Assembly: GCA_036676495.1 (NCBI GenBank)
Contig: JAKFCT010000028.1
Span: 64,001-128,000, forward strand
DNA length: 64,000 nt
Direction of reading: 5' to 3'
Origin: Candidatus Sericytochromatia bacterium
GTDB lineage: Bacteria; Cyanobacteriota; Sericytochromatia; S15B-MN24; UBA4093
The position numbers were made by a program, and so were the translations under genes. Within the stretch, counting starts at the first letter, position 1. Every line of letters starts with the position of its first letter. The notes under the pieces are model-generated. The model was not told where the DNA came from. It saw only the letters and a program-made list of their open reading frames with translations, and did not search any database. Positions 28,605 to 37,197 of this stretch are shown in pieces.

Positions 28605-29726
28605 CTAGATCCGCGAGAGCCGGGTGACCAGGGCCATGACGACGGATCCGAACCCGGCCATGAGGGCGATCACAGCGACGAGCCCGCCCACCCAAGGGAT
28701 GGCCTGCAAGGCGAGCAGCAAGGCCACTCCCAGCAGGGCCGCCGCGACGGCGCGGACGCGCACGCTCCGGATGGGAAGGCGCAGCAGCAGCAGATCCCCC
28801 AGGGCGATCGCCGCGAGCACCCACGCGAGGTACATGCCGAACGCGTAAAAGACCAGCAAGCTCAGCGCCAAGGGAATCCCAATTAACGTGATCATCAGGA
28901 TCACCGCGAGGATGGGCACGCCCAAGAGGATCCCGGCCCCGGCCGCCAACGACAGCCAGGGATTCCGGCGCAGCTCGCGGCTGGTCGCCGTGATCGCCCC
29001 GGGCATGACCAGCGCGAGCACGACTCCCGCCAGCGCTCCCACCAGGAAGAGGAAGATCGCCCCGACCCAGCCCGGAATCCGCCAGGTCCGCGTCTCCTCT
29101 TCCGTCTGCGTCACCGGCCCCGCAATGGTCGCCCCGGGCCGAATATCGGCTTCCCGAGACGACGCGTACGTCAGGGGGCCCGCGATCCGCGCCCCGGCCG
29201 TCACGGTCAGCTGATCCGCATGGACCTCGGCGCTTCCGACTTGACCATCGATCAGGACGTCGGCGCCGTTGGCCTGAAGCTTGCCCTCCGTCGTTCCGCG
29301 CAAGACGAGGTCGCGGCCGGTCAGGACCGTTGCGCCCCGGACCTGCGAGCTGGCCAGCTGCTCCGTCCGGTTGCCGGCCAGGATCAAGTCCCGGCCGACG
29401 CTTCCGGAGACCGTGATCGTCCCGCCGGCCGCGCGGACGCTCTGGCCGACCGAGCCCTGAAGCGCCACCTCGCCGCCTGCGGCGATCAGATCGTCCCGCA
29501 CCGCGCCGGTCACCGTGACGTGGCCGCCCATCACCACCAGATCGCCGTCCACGCGGCCGCGAATCCGCACGTCCCGGCCCGTCACGTAGAGATCGTCAGC
29601 GATGACTTCCCCGGCCGGGATCTCGACGTGGTTACCGGCCCGGAAGGTGATGGCCTCCGCGGCTCCCGGCATCACGCCGCAGACGCCGAGCACCAGGAGT
29701 AAAGACAGAAGGAAGCGACGCGCCAT
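28605..29726 (-). CDS. Membrane protein with bactofilin/FapA-like beta-helix repeats
   Basis: Signal peptide; repeated GGxVxIxGxVxxD units; 5 C-terminal TM segments. Confidence 0.8.
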   Translation of the reverse strand: MARRFLLSLLLVLGVCGVMPGAAEAITFRAGNHVEIPAGEVIADDLYVTGRDVRIRGRVDGDLVVMGGHVTVTGAVRDDLIAAGGEVALQGSVGQSVRAAGGTITVSGSVGRDLILAGNRTEQLASSQVRGATVLTGRDLVLRGTTEGKLQANGADVLIDGQVGSAEVHADQLTVTAGARIAGPLTYASSREADIRPGATIAGPVTQTEEETRTWRIPGWVGAIFLFLVGALAGVVLALVMPGAITATSRELRRNPWLSLAAGAGILLGVPILAVILMITLIGIPLALSLLVFYAFGMYLAWVLAAIALGDLLLLRLPIRSVRVRAVAAALLGVALLLALQAIPWVGGLVAVIALMAGFGSVVMALVTRLSRI

Positions 29727-29729
29727 GAT

Positions 29730-30272
29730 CTAGTACGTCAGGAGCGAGAGGACGTCGAAGCCGGGAAGCTTCTTGCGCCCGTGGAGGAAGCCGAGTTCGA
29801 TCAGGAAGGCCAGTCCCGCGACCTGACCGCCCGTGCACTGCACCAGCTCGACCGCCGCGGCCGCCGTGCCTCCGGTCGCCAGGACGTCATCGACGATCAG
29901 CACGCGCTTGCCCGTCTCGACGGCATCCTGGTGAATCTCCAGGGCGTCCGTGCCGTACTCCAGCGCATACTCGCAGCGATGCGTCTCATGCGGCAGCTTG
30001 CCCGGCTTGCGGACCGGGATGAACCCGGCATGCAGCGCGGTCGCGACCGCCGCCCCGAAGATGAAGCCACGGGATTCGATGCCCACCACGTAGTCGATCC
30101 GCTGATCGCGGTAGTGGTCGGCGATCGCCCCCACCACGCGCTCGAAGGCCCGGGGATCCTTCAAGAGCGGCGTGATGTCCTTGAAGACGACCCCGGGCTT
30201 GGGGTAATCCGGCACGTTCCGGATCAGTGCCCCGAGGTCCTCCTGAAGCCGTTCATCTCCGACGATCTGCAT
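29730..30272 (-). CDS. apt: Adenine phosphoribosyltransferase
   Basis: PDYPKPGVVFKDITPLL, ESRGFIFG, VLIVDDVLATGGT. Confidence 0.96.
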   Translation of the reverse strand: MQIVGDERLQEDLGALIRNVPDYPKPGVVFKDITPLLKDPRAFERVVGAIADHYRDQRIDYVVGIESRGFIFGAAVATALHAGFIPVRKPGKLPHETHRCEYALEYGTDALEIHQDAVETGKRVLIVDDVLATGGTAAAAVELVQCTGGQVAGLAFLIELGFLHGRKKLPGFDVLSLLTY

Positions 30273-30299
30273 GCTCATCCTTTCCGAAATAATCTTCCT

Positions 30300-30463
30300 T
30301 ATTTTGTCCCCCCTCGATGGGGGGACCGGCGAAGCCGAGGGGGGTGTTGGCCGGCGCAGCCAAGGCATTCCGCTTTAAGGAACCTGGGAGCAGTCACACC
30401 TCCCGTAGCCCCCCATTACGCCTGCGGCGCAGTTAGGCTACGCCTGAGCGGGGGGGCAAAATA
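30300..30463. repeat. Palindromic REP/MITE-like element with 14-bp terminal inverted repeats
   Basis: tattttgtcccccc ... gggggggcaaaata (13/14 match); nested hairpins gtcccccc/ggggggac and cggcGAAgccg. Confidence 0.55.
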
Positions 30464-30470
30464 CCTGACC

Positions 30471-31271
30471 CTAATTCATCCTTCTCTCAGTGAACGTCGC
30501 CAGTTGCGTCACCCCCAGCGCCCGCAGCATGTCGAGCGCCTGGGGATAAAGCGCTCCGACGTCCTCCGGACGGTGCGCATCCGAAGACAGCACCAGGGGG
30601 ACCTTGGCGTCGACCAGGCGGCGCAGCCACTCGGGAGCCGGATAGATCTCTCCCACCGGCTTGCGCCAGCCCGCCGTGCTGACCTCGACCGCCAGGCCCG
30701 AGCGCTGGATCAACGGGGTGAGGCGCTCGTACCAGCGCTGCGCCACCTCCGGAGCCTTGAAGCCGAAGACCTTGATGACGTCGGCATGGCCGATGATATC
30801 CACCGGACGCTCGACAATCATGGCCTCGAGCAGCGAGAAGTAGGTCTCGTAGATGGTCTCGACGCGGTTCTGCTGCCATTGCTCGCGCATCTCGTCGAGG
30901 TCGAAGCCGAAGCCGCCCAGCCAATGAATCGAGCCGATGGCGTAGTCGAACGGATAGGAGGCGAGAAAGTCCTTCATCGCGGTCATGTTGTCGGGCATGA
31001 CGTCCATCTCGATGCCGATCTTGACCCGCAAGCCCTGTTTGCGGGCCGATTGCAGCATGGCGAGGTACGCGTCCAGATCCTCGGTCTTTCGCTTCTCCAC
31101 CCAGGCATTAGTTAGAAGATGTTGGGTCTGGGTGAAGCGGTAGGCATGCTCGGAGATGCCGAGGTCGGTGACGCCGGCCTTCGCGGCCTGGCGGAGGAAT
31201 TGCGATAGCCAGTCGAGCGTATAGGAGCCGCGCTCGACGTGAACGTGGTAGTCGGTGATCGGTCCGCGCAC
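30471..31271 (-). CDS. Histidinol-phosphatase, HisJ/PHP family
   Basis: DYHVH, ISEH, DYAIGSIH, IIGHAD and SDAHRP motifs; start GTG 31271 (or ATG 31286). Confidence 0.88.
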   Translation of the reverse strand: MRGPITDYHVHVERGSYTLDWLSQFLRQAAKAGVTDLGISEHAYRFTQTQHLLTNAWVEKRKTEDLDAYLAMLQSARKQGLRVKIGIEMDVMPDNMTAMKDFLASYPFDYAIGSIHWLGGFGFDLDEMREQWQQNRVETIYETYFSLLEAMIVERPVDIIGHADVIKVFGFKAPEVAQRWYERLTPLIQRSGLAVEVSTAGWRKPVGEIYPAPEWLRRLVDAKVPLVLSSDAHRPEDVGALYPQALDMLRALGVTQLATFTERRMN

Positions 31272-31463
31272 AACTACTCCCCCCATCGCATGCCGTCGGC
31301 GCCGAAGCCGCGGGCGCTTCTCCCTGCCCCTTCTCCCCCTGGCAGGGAACCGGACTAGTATACGCTATTTTGCCCACTCCCGGCAGCGCGCGTCTCCTGG
31401 CAACTTCCGGGCGATCCGGTTACAATAGCGTCCGGCCAGTCCCGCATGCGATGAAGGTACTCC

Positions 31464-32756
31464 ATGAAAAGCTCACGGATTCCCGGTTTCTACAAACTCG
31501 CCATTGATGAGCGCATCGATAAGCTCGCCGAGACCTACGACCTCGACCGCTCCGAGATCGACGCCTTGCGCAGCCAGGGCTCGCTCGAACTCGAACAAGC
31601 GGACAAGATGATCGAGAATGCCGTGGGCATCTACTCGCTGCCCATCGGAGTCGGCCTCAACTTCCTCATCAACGGCAAGGACTACCTCGTCCCCATGGCC
31701 ATCGAGGAGCCCTCGGTCGTCGCCTCCTGCTCGTTCATGGCCAAGCTGGTGCGCGAAGCCGGCGGCTTCACCGCCGGCTCCACCGAGCGGGTGATGATCG
31801 GCCAGGTGCAGGTCGTCGGCTGCGAGGACTTCCGCGCCGCCAAGAACGCCCTCTACTCCCACCGCGACGAGTTGATCGAGCTGGCCAACGCCCTCGTGCC
31901 CAACATGGTCAAGCGCGGAGGCGGGGCCCTCGACCTCGACGTCCGCCTGCTCAACGACAACCCGGGCGCCAAGTACAGCACGATGCTCGTGCTTCACCTC
32001 TACATCAACACCCAGGACGCCATGGGCGCCAACACCATCAACACCATGGTCGAAGGCATCGCCCCGCGCGTCGAGGAGTTGACCGGCGGCAAGGTCTACC
32101 TGCGCATCCTCTCCAACTACACCGATACCTGCCTCGCCTGGGCCAAGTGCGTCGTGCCGCCCCATGTGCTCGCCACCGACGGCTGGACCGGCGAAGAGGT
32201 CATCGAGGGCATGATCCAAGCCCACGCCTTCGCCGCCTCCGACCCGTACCGGGCCGTGACCCATAACAAGGGCGTCATGAACGGCATCGACGCGGTGGTG
32301 ATGGCCACCGGCAACGACTGGCGCGCCATCGAGGCCGGAGCCCATGCCTACGCCGCCCGCGACGGCCACTACGGCCCGATGACCGACTGGAGCCGCGACG
32401 AGAACGGCAACCTGGTCGGCTTCATCGAGCTGCCCATGCCGGTCGGCACCGTCGGCGGCTCCATCGGGATGCACCCAATGGCCCAGATCGCCCTCAAGTT
32501 CGTGCGGGCCAAATCCGCGCGCGAGCTGGCCGAGGTGATCCTCGCCGTCGGCCTCGCCCAGAACATGGCCGCCATCCGGGCACTCGCCACCACCGGCATC
32601 CAGCAGGGCCACATGGCCCTCCACGCCCGGACGGTCGCCGTGACGGCTGGAGCGCGCGGCGAACTCGTCGAGCGGATCGCCCAGGCCATGGTGGACGCCC
32701 AGGAAATCAAGATCGAGAAGGCCCGCGAGTTGCTGGCCTCCCTCGGCGCCCAATGA
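31464..32756 (+). CDS. mvaA: Hydroxymethylglutaryl-CoA reductase, class II
   Basis: MIENAVG, PMAIEEPSVVA, DAMGAN, THNKG, GNDWRAIEAG, GIQQGHMALH. Confidence 0.96.
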   Translation: MKSSRIPGFYKLAIDERIDKLAETYDLDRSEIDALRSQGSLELEQADKMIENAVGIYSLPIGVGLNFLINGKDYLVPMAIEEPSVVASCSFMAKLVREAGGFTAGSTERVMIGQVQVVGCEDFRAAKNALYSHRDELIELANALVPNMVKRGGGALDLDVRLLNDNPGAKYSTMLVLHLYINTQDAMGANTINTMVEGIAPRVEELTGGKVYLRILSNYTDTCLAWAKCVVPPHVLATDGWTGEEVIEGMIQAHAFAASDPYRAVTHNKGVMNGIDAVVMATGNDWRAIEAGAHAYAARDGHYGPMTDWSRDENGNLVGFIELPMPVGTVGGSIGMHPMAQIALKFVRAKSARELAEVILAVGLAQNMAAIRALATTGIQQGHMALHARTVAVTAGARGELVERIAQAMVDAQEIKIEKARELLASLGAQ

Positions 32757-33739
32757 CCATGCCCGAGGAGCCGGACTGGCTCGCCTTCACCGAAGCCCGC
32801 CCAGAGGCCCCCGGTGACGGGCGGGCCTTCGGCAAGCTGATCCTGGCGGGCGAGCACGCGGTGGTCCATGGACACCCGGCGATCGCCGCCCCCCTGCCGG
32901 CGCTCTCCGCCCTGGCTTGGGTCAGCCCCGGCGAGGACGGGGTCCAGATCACCTCGGAAGGCTACTCCGACGCCGCCACGCTGGAGACCCGGACCGGGCC
33001 GCTCGCGCCCCTGGCCGAAGCCGCCCGCGACGCTCTCGACCGCATGGGGATCGACCCCGTGGCCCTCCCCCCGCTGCGCTTCCAGATCTCCTCGACCCTC
33101 CCCCCCGGTGCGGGCCTGGGCAGCAGCGCCGCCGTGACCGTCGCCCTGGTCCGCGGCCTCTACCAGTTCTTCGGCTTCCCGCTGGATCCCATGATCCTCC
33201 AGGAGATCGCCACCCAGGCCGAATGCATGGCCCATGGCACCTCCTCGGGCATCGATCCCGCCGCCGTCTCCGCCACCGGCCCCATCCGCTTCCAGAAGGG
33301 GCAAGTCCCGCATCCGATTCCCCTGACCGGCTCCCTGAATCTGGTCGTGGCGGACTCCGGAGAGCGCGCCCCCACCGGCAAGATGGTCGGCCATGTGCGC
33401 GAGCTGATCACGACCGACGCGGCCGCCCGCGTCCAGCTCGACGCCCTCGGCGGCATCGCGCCGCGCATGGAGCGCGCCCTGATCGACCACGACCTCGCCA
33501 CGGTCGGCGCCCTGATGAACGAGGCCCATGCAGGCCTCGCGGCGCTCGGCCTCTCCACCCCCAAGCTCGACGCCCTGGCCCAAGCCGCCCGCGACGCCGG
33601 AGCCCTGGGCGCCAAGCTCTCCGGATCCGGCGGAGGCGGCGTCGTCGTCGCCCTGACCACGCCGGACACCGCCCCCGCCGTCGCCCGACGCATGCAGGAG
33701 GCCGGAGCCAAGGCCGTCACCTACACCCGAATCCCCTGA
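32753..33739 (+). CDS. mvk: Mevalonate kinase
   Basis: GKLILAGEHAVVHG, PPGAGLGSSAA, HGTSSGID, GAKLSGSGGGG. Confidence 0.94.
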   Translation: MTMPEEPDWLAFTEARPEAPGDGRAFGKLILAGEHAVVHGHPAIAAPLPALSALAWVSPGEDGVQITSEGYSDAATLETRTGPLAPLAEAARDALDRMGIDPVALPPLRFQISSTLPPGAGLGSSAAVTVALVRGLYQFFGFPLDPMILQEIATQAECMAHGTSSGIDPAAVSATGPIRFQKGQVPHPIPLTGSLNLVVADSGERAPTGKMVGHVRELITTDAAARVQLDALGGIAPRMERALIDHDLATVGALMNEAHAGLAALGLSTPKLDALAQAARDAGALGAKLSGSGGGGVVVALTTPDTAPAVARRMQEAGAKAVTYTRIP

Positions 33740-33758
33740 TCATCAGCCAGGAGCCCAC

Positions 33759-34793
33759 GTGGAACCCATCGAAGCCCGCAAGCACGACCATATCCGACTC
33801 AGCCTCACCGAAGACGTCCAGTTCGAGCACCAGCCCACCGGCTTCGACTCGCTGCGCTTCGAACACCTGGCCCTGCCGGAGCTCGACTTCGCCGACGTCG
33901 ACCCCTCGACCACCCTCCTGGGCAAGCCCCTGGCCGCCCCGCTGCTCATCTCCTCGATGACCGGCGGCCCCTCCCTCGGCGGAACCATCAACCAGAACCT
34001 CGCCAAGGCCGCCCAAAACGTCGGAGTCGGCATGGGCCTGGGCTCCCAGCGCATCACGCTGGTTCGCCCCGAGTCCACCGCCTCGTTCCAGGTGCGCCAG
34101 GTCGCCCCGGACATCCTGCTCATCGGGAACATCGGCGCCGTCCAGCTCAACTACGGCGTCGGCCTCGCAGAATGCCGGCAACTCGTCGAATCCGTCGGCG
34201 CGGATGCCCTCTACCTCCACCTCAACCCGTTGCAGGAGGTCATCCAGCCCGAAGGCGACACCAACTTCAAGGACCTGATCCCCAAGATCCGCCTGATCGC
34301 CCGCGACCTGGGCGTGCCCGTCCTGATCAAGGAAGTGGGCTCCGGAATCTCCGGGTCGCTCGCGAGGAAACTGGCCGATACCGGCATCTCCGCGCTCGAC
34401 GTGAGCGGCGGGGGCGGCACCTCCTGGGCCATCATCGAGGCGAAGCGGGCCCAAACCCCCATGCAGCAGTCCCTGGGAGAGCGCTTCCGCGACTGGGGCA
34501 TTCCCACCACCGTCTCGCTCATCCAGTGCCGCGACGCCCTTCCCACGATGCCCCTGATCGCCTCGGGCGGAATCCGCACGGGGATCGACATCGCCAAGGC
34601 GATCGCCCTGGGCGCCGACGCCGCCGCCCTGGCCCATCCCTTCCTGGAAGCCGCCACCCGCTCCTCCGAAGCCGTCGAGGAGGTCCTTCACCGCCTGATC
34701 CAGGAGCTCAAGATCGCCATGTTCCTGGTCGGCGCCCGCACGATCGCCGACCTCAAGGGCCGGCGCGACCTGCTCGCGGAGGTGGGACGATGA
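33759..34793 (+). CDS. fni: Type 2 isopentenyl-diphosphate isomerase
   Basis: RKHDHI, SSMTGG, HLNPLQE, KEVGSG, GGTSW, ASGGIR. Confidence 0.96.
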   Translation: MEPIEARKHDHIRLSLTEDVQFEHQPTGFDSLRFEHLALPELDFADVDPSTTLLGKPLAAPLLISSMTGGPSLGGTINQNLAKAAQNVGVGMGLGSQRITLVRPESTASFQVRQVAPDILLIGNIGAVQLNYGVGLAECRQLVESVGADALYLHLNPLQEVIQPEGDTNFKDLIPKIRLIARDLGVPVLIKEVGSGISGSLARKLADTGISALDVSGGGGTSWAIIEAKRAQTPMQQSLGERFRDWGIPTTVSLIQCRDALPTMPLIASGGIRTGIDIAKAIALGADAAALAHPFLEAATRSSEAVEEVLHRLIQELKIAMFLVGARTIADLKGRRDLLAEVGR

Positions 34794-35773
34794 TCAAGAC
34801 GGCCACGGCCCAGGCCTGCAGCAACATCGCGCTGATCAAGTACTGGGGCAAGCGCGACGCCGCCCTCAACCTTCCTCAGAACGGCAGCCTCTCGCTCACC
34901 CTGGACGGCATGACCACCAAAACCACGGTTCACTGGGATGCCGGCTACGAGCAGGACGCCGTTTCGCTGAACGGCAAGGTCCTGGCGGATTCCGAACTCG
35001 CCAAGATGAGCAAGTTCCTGGATCTCATCCGCCAGGAAGCCGGCATGAGCCTCAAGGCCAAGGTGGAGTCGCAGAATAACTTTCCGACCGCCGCGGGCCT
35101 CGCGTCCTCGGCCTCCGGCTTCGCCGCCCTCGCCTTGGCCGCGAGCCGGGCCGCCGGCCTGGAACTGGAGCCCAAGCCGCTCTCGATGCTGGCCCGGCAG
35201 GGTTCCGGCTCGGCCAGCCGCTCGATTTACGGCGGCTTCGCGGAGTGGAAGAAGGGCGATCGCCCGGACGGTCTCGACTCGTACGCCGAGCAACTGATGC
35301 CCCCCGAGGCCTGGCCCGAAGTGCGCATGCTGGTGGTCGTCCTGGAGCCTCGTCCCAAGCCGATCTCCTCGCGCTCCGGCATGACCCAGACCGTCGCGAC
35401 CTCCCCCATGTATCCGGCCTGGCTGGAAACCGTGGGAGCCGATCTCGACACGGCCCGCAACGCCCTCTTCGCCCATGACCTCGAAGCCCTGGGGACGGTG
35501 GCCGAGGCCAACGCCCTGAAGATGCATGCCACCATGCTCACCACGCTTCCGACCATTCTCTACTGGCAGCCGACGACGGTCGCTCTCATGCACCGGGTCT
35601 GGGAGCTGCGGCGCGACGGGATTCCGGGGTGGTTCACGATCGACGCGGGCCCCAACGTGAAGGTGCTCACCGATGCCGTCCATGCCACCCAGCTCGCCGA
35701 GGCCCTGGGAGCAGTCGAAGGCGTCGAGCGGGTGCTGATCTGCGCGCCCGGCCCCGGAGCCGAAGTTTGCTGA
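34790..35773 (+). CDS. mvaD: Diphosphomevalonate decarboxylase
   Basis: SNIALIKYWGK, PTAAGLASSASG, GSGSASRS, TIDAGPNV; ATG 34790 overlaps the fni stop. Confidence 0.96.
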   Translation: MIKTATAQACSNIALIKYWGKRDAALNLPQNGSLSLTLDGMTTKTTVHWDAGYEQDAVSLNGKVLADSELAKMSKFLDLIRQEAGMSLKAKVESQNNFPTAAGLASSASGFAALALAASRAAGLELEPKPLSMLARQGSGSASRSIYGGFAEWKKGDRPDGLDSYAEQLMPPEAWPEVRMLVVVLEPRPKPISSRSGMTQTVATSPMYPAWLETVGADLDTARNALFAHDLEALGTVAEANALKMHATMLTTLPTILYWQPTTVALMHRVWELRRDGIPGWFTIDAGPNVKVLTDAVHATQLAEALGAVEGVERVLICAPGPGAEVC

Positions 35774-36864
35774 CGCCGATCGTCGTCTCCGCCCCCGCCA
35801 AGCTGGTGCTGACCGGGGAGTACGCGGTCCTGGAGCCCGACCGCCTGGCCGTGGTCGCCGCCGTGGACCGCGCCACGGAGGCCAAGGTCGAACCGGACCC
35901 GATCGGGCGGCTCACGGCGCCCGCGCTCGACCTGGATGCGGCTCCGGCTGCCTATGCGGATGGGCGCTGGTCGCTTCGCGAGGCGCATCCCCAGGCCGGC
36001 TTCGTCTCGGAGGCCCTGAGCGTCACCCTGCGCTACCTGGAAGAAGGCGGCACGGAGCTCGCACCGTTTCACATGACGCTTTCCCCGGCCCTGGCCGAGG
36101 GAGGCATCAAGGTCGGGCTCGGGGGCAGCGCGGCGACGACCGTCGCCGCCGTCGCGGCCGTGCTCGCAGCCTTCGGGGCAGCGATCGATCCGGGCGTGGT
36201 GTACCGGCTGGGGGCGATCGCCCATCTGCAGGCGCAGGGCTCGGGCTCGGGGATCGACGTGGCCGCGTCGGCGTACGGAGGCTTGCTCGCCTTTTCCAGC
36301 CACCATCCCGAGTGGCTGAAGGCACGGCTCGAGGCCGTGCGCTCCGTCCGGGAGCTGGTCGAGGGCCCATGGCCCCACCTCCGGATCGAGCGACTGCCCT
36401 GGCCGTCGAATTGGGAGCTCATGGTGGGCTGGACCGGCAAGAGCGCCTCGACGCCGGCCTACCTCCAGCGGGTGGCCGGCCTCAAGGAGGCAGGCGATCC
36501 GCGTTATCCGGAGTTCGTGGAGGCGATGCAGGCCTCCAGCCGCTTGCTGATGCGGGGGCTGGAAGCCTGCGATGCGGGACTCTGCCTGCAGGCCATGGAG
36601 CAGGGCCGCGAGGCCATGCTGGACCTGGGGCAAGCCCTGGGAGTCTCGCTGGAAACTCCGATGCTCACCCGCCTTGCCGAAGCCGCTGCCGGCTGCCAGA
36701 CCGCCGGAAAGCCCTCGGGTGCCGGCGGAGGGGACTGTGGCATCGCCCTGGCCTTCGATCCCACACAGGCGGCATGCCTTCGTGAGGCCTGGCAAACCCG
36801 TGGCATCCGCCCGCTGGCCCTCGGCATCGCCCCGAACGGCGTTCAGCGCGTGCTGAACGGCTAA
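35767..36864 (+). CDS. Phosphomevalonate kinase
   Basis: APAKLVLTGEYAVL, KVGLGGSAA, GSGIDVAAS.YGG, KPSGAGGGDCG; TTG start overlapping the mvaD stop. Confidence 0.92.
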   Translation: MLTPIVVSAPAKLVLTGEYAVLEPDRLAVVAAVDRATEAKVEPDPIGRLTAPALDLDAAPAAYADGRWSLREAHPQAGFVSEALSVTLRYLEEGGTELAPFHMTLSPALAEGGIKVGLGGSAATTVAAVAAVLAAFGAAIDPGVVYRLGAIAHLQAQGSGSGIDVAASAYGGLLAFSSHHPEWLKARLEAVRSVRELVEGPWPHLRIERLPWPSNWELMVGWTGKSASTPAYLQRVAGLKEAGDPRYPEFVEAMQASSRLLMRGLEACDAGLCLQAMEQGREAMLDLGQALGVSLETPMLTRLAEAAAGCQTAGKPSGAGGGDCGIALAFDPTQAACLREAWQTRGIRPLALGIAPNGVQRVLNG

Positions 36865-36890
36865 AACGAAACGCCCACGCCCTCCTTCAC

Positions 36891-36954
36891 AAACTGTACT
36901 GCCCGAAACTGCCCTGATCTGCTGCTGTTTGGCACGTCCTTCGGAGCGTAATCT
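36891..36954 (+). promoter_or_regulatory. Candidate MocR (YjiR-type) operator and promoter
   Basis: AAACTG direct repeats at 36891 and 36907, then ATCTGCTGCTGT and -10 TAATCT; lies upstream of a MocR gene. Confidence 0.45.
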
Positions 36955-36987
36955 GAGCCATGCAGGTATTCAGAAGGGAGGTGCCCC

Positions 36988-37173
36988 ATGCAGCCGTGGA
37001 AAATTCAAACCCTTACTCATTGGGAAGATGCCCCCGAAGCGCGATTCGGGTACAAAGGCGCAAGCAAGACGATTCTACACTCGCTGATCCGGCTCAGTAA
37101 GATGGCCGGGCGTGGAGCGGCGCTGATTCCGCTCGTGGGCCCCGTGCGGGGCGAAGAGCGAGGTATCGAGTAG
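36988..37173 (+). CDS. Small hypothetical protein (61 aa)
   Basis: Strong RBS aagggagg; sits between the candidate operator and the MocR gene. Confidence 0.5.
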   Translation: MQPWKIQTLTHWEDAPEARFGYKGASKTILHSLIRLSKMAGRGAALIPLVGPVRGEERGIE

Positions 37174-37197
37174 GCCGAAGGCGACGGAGGAATCCGC

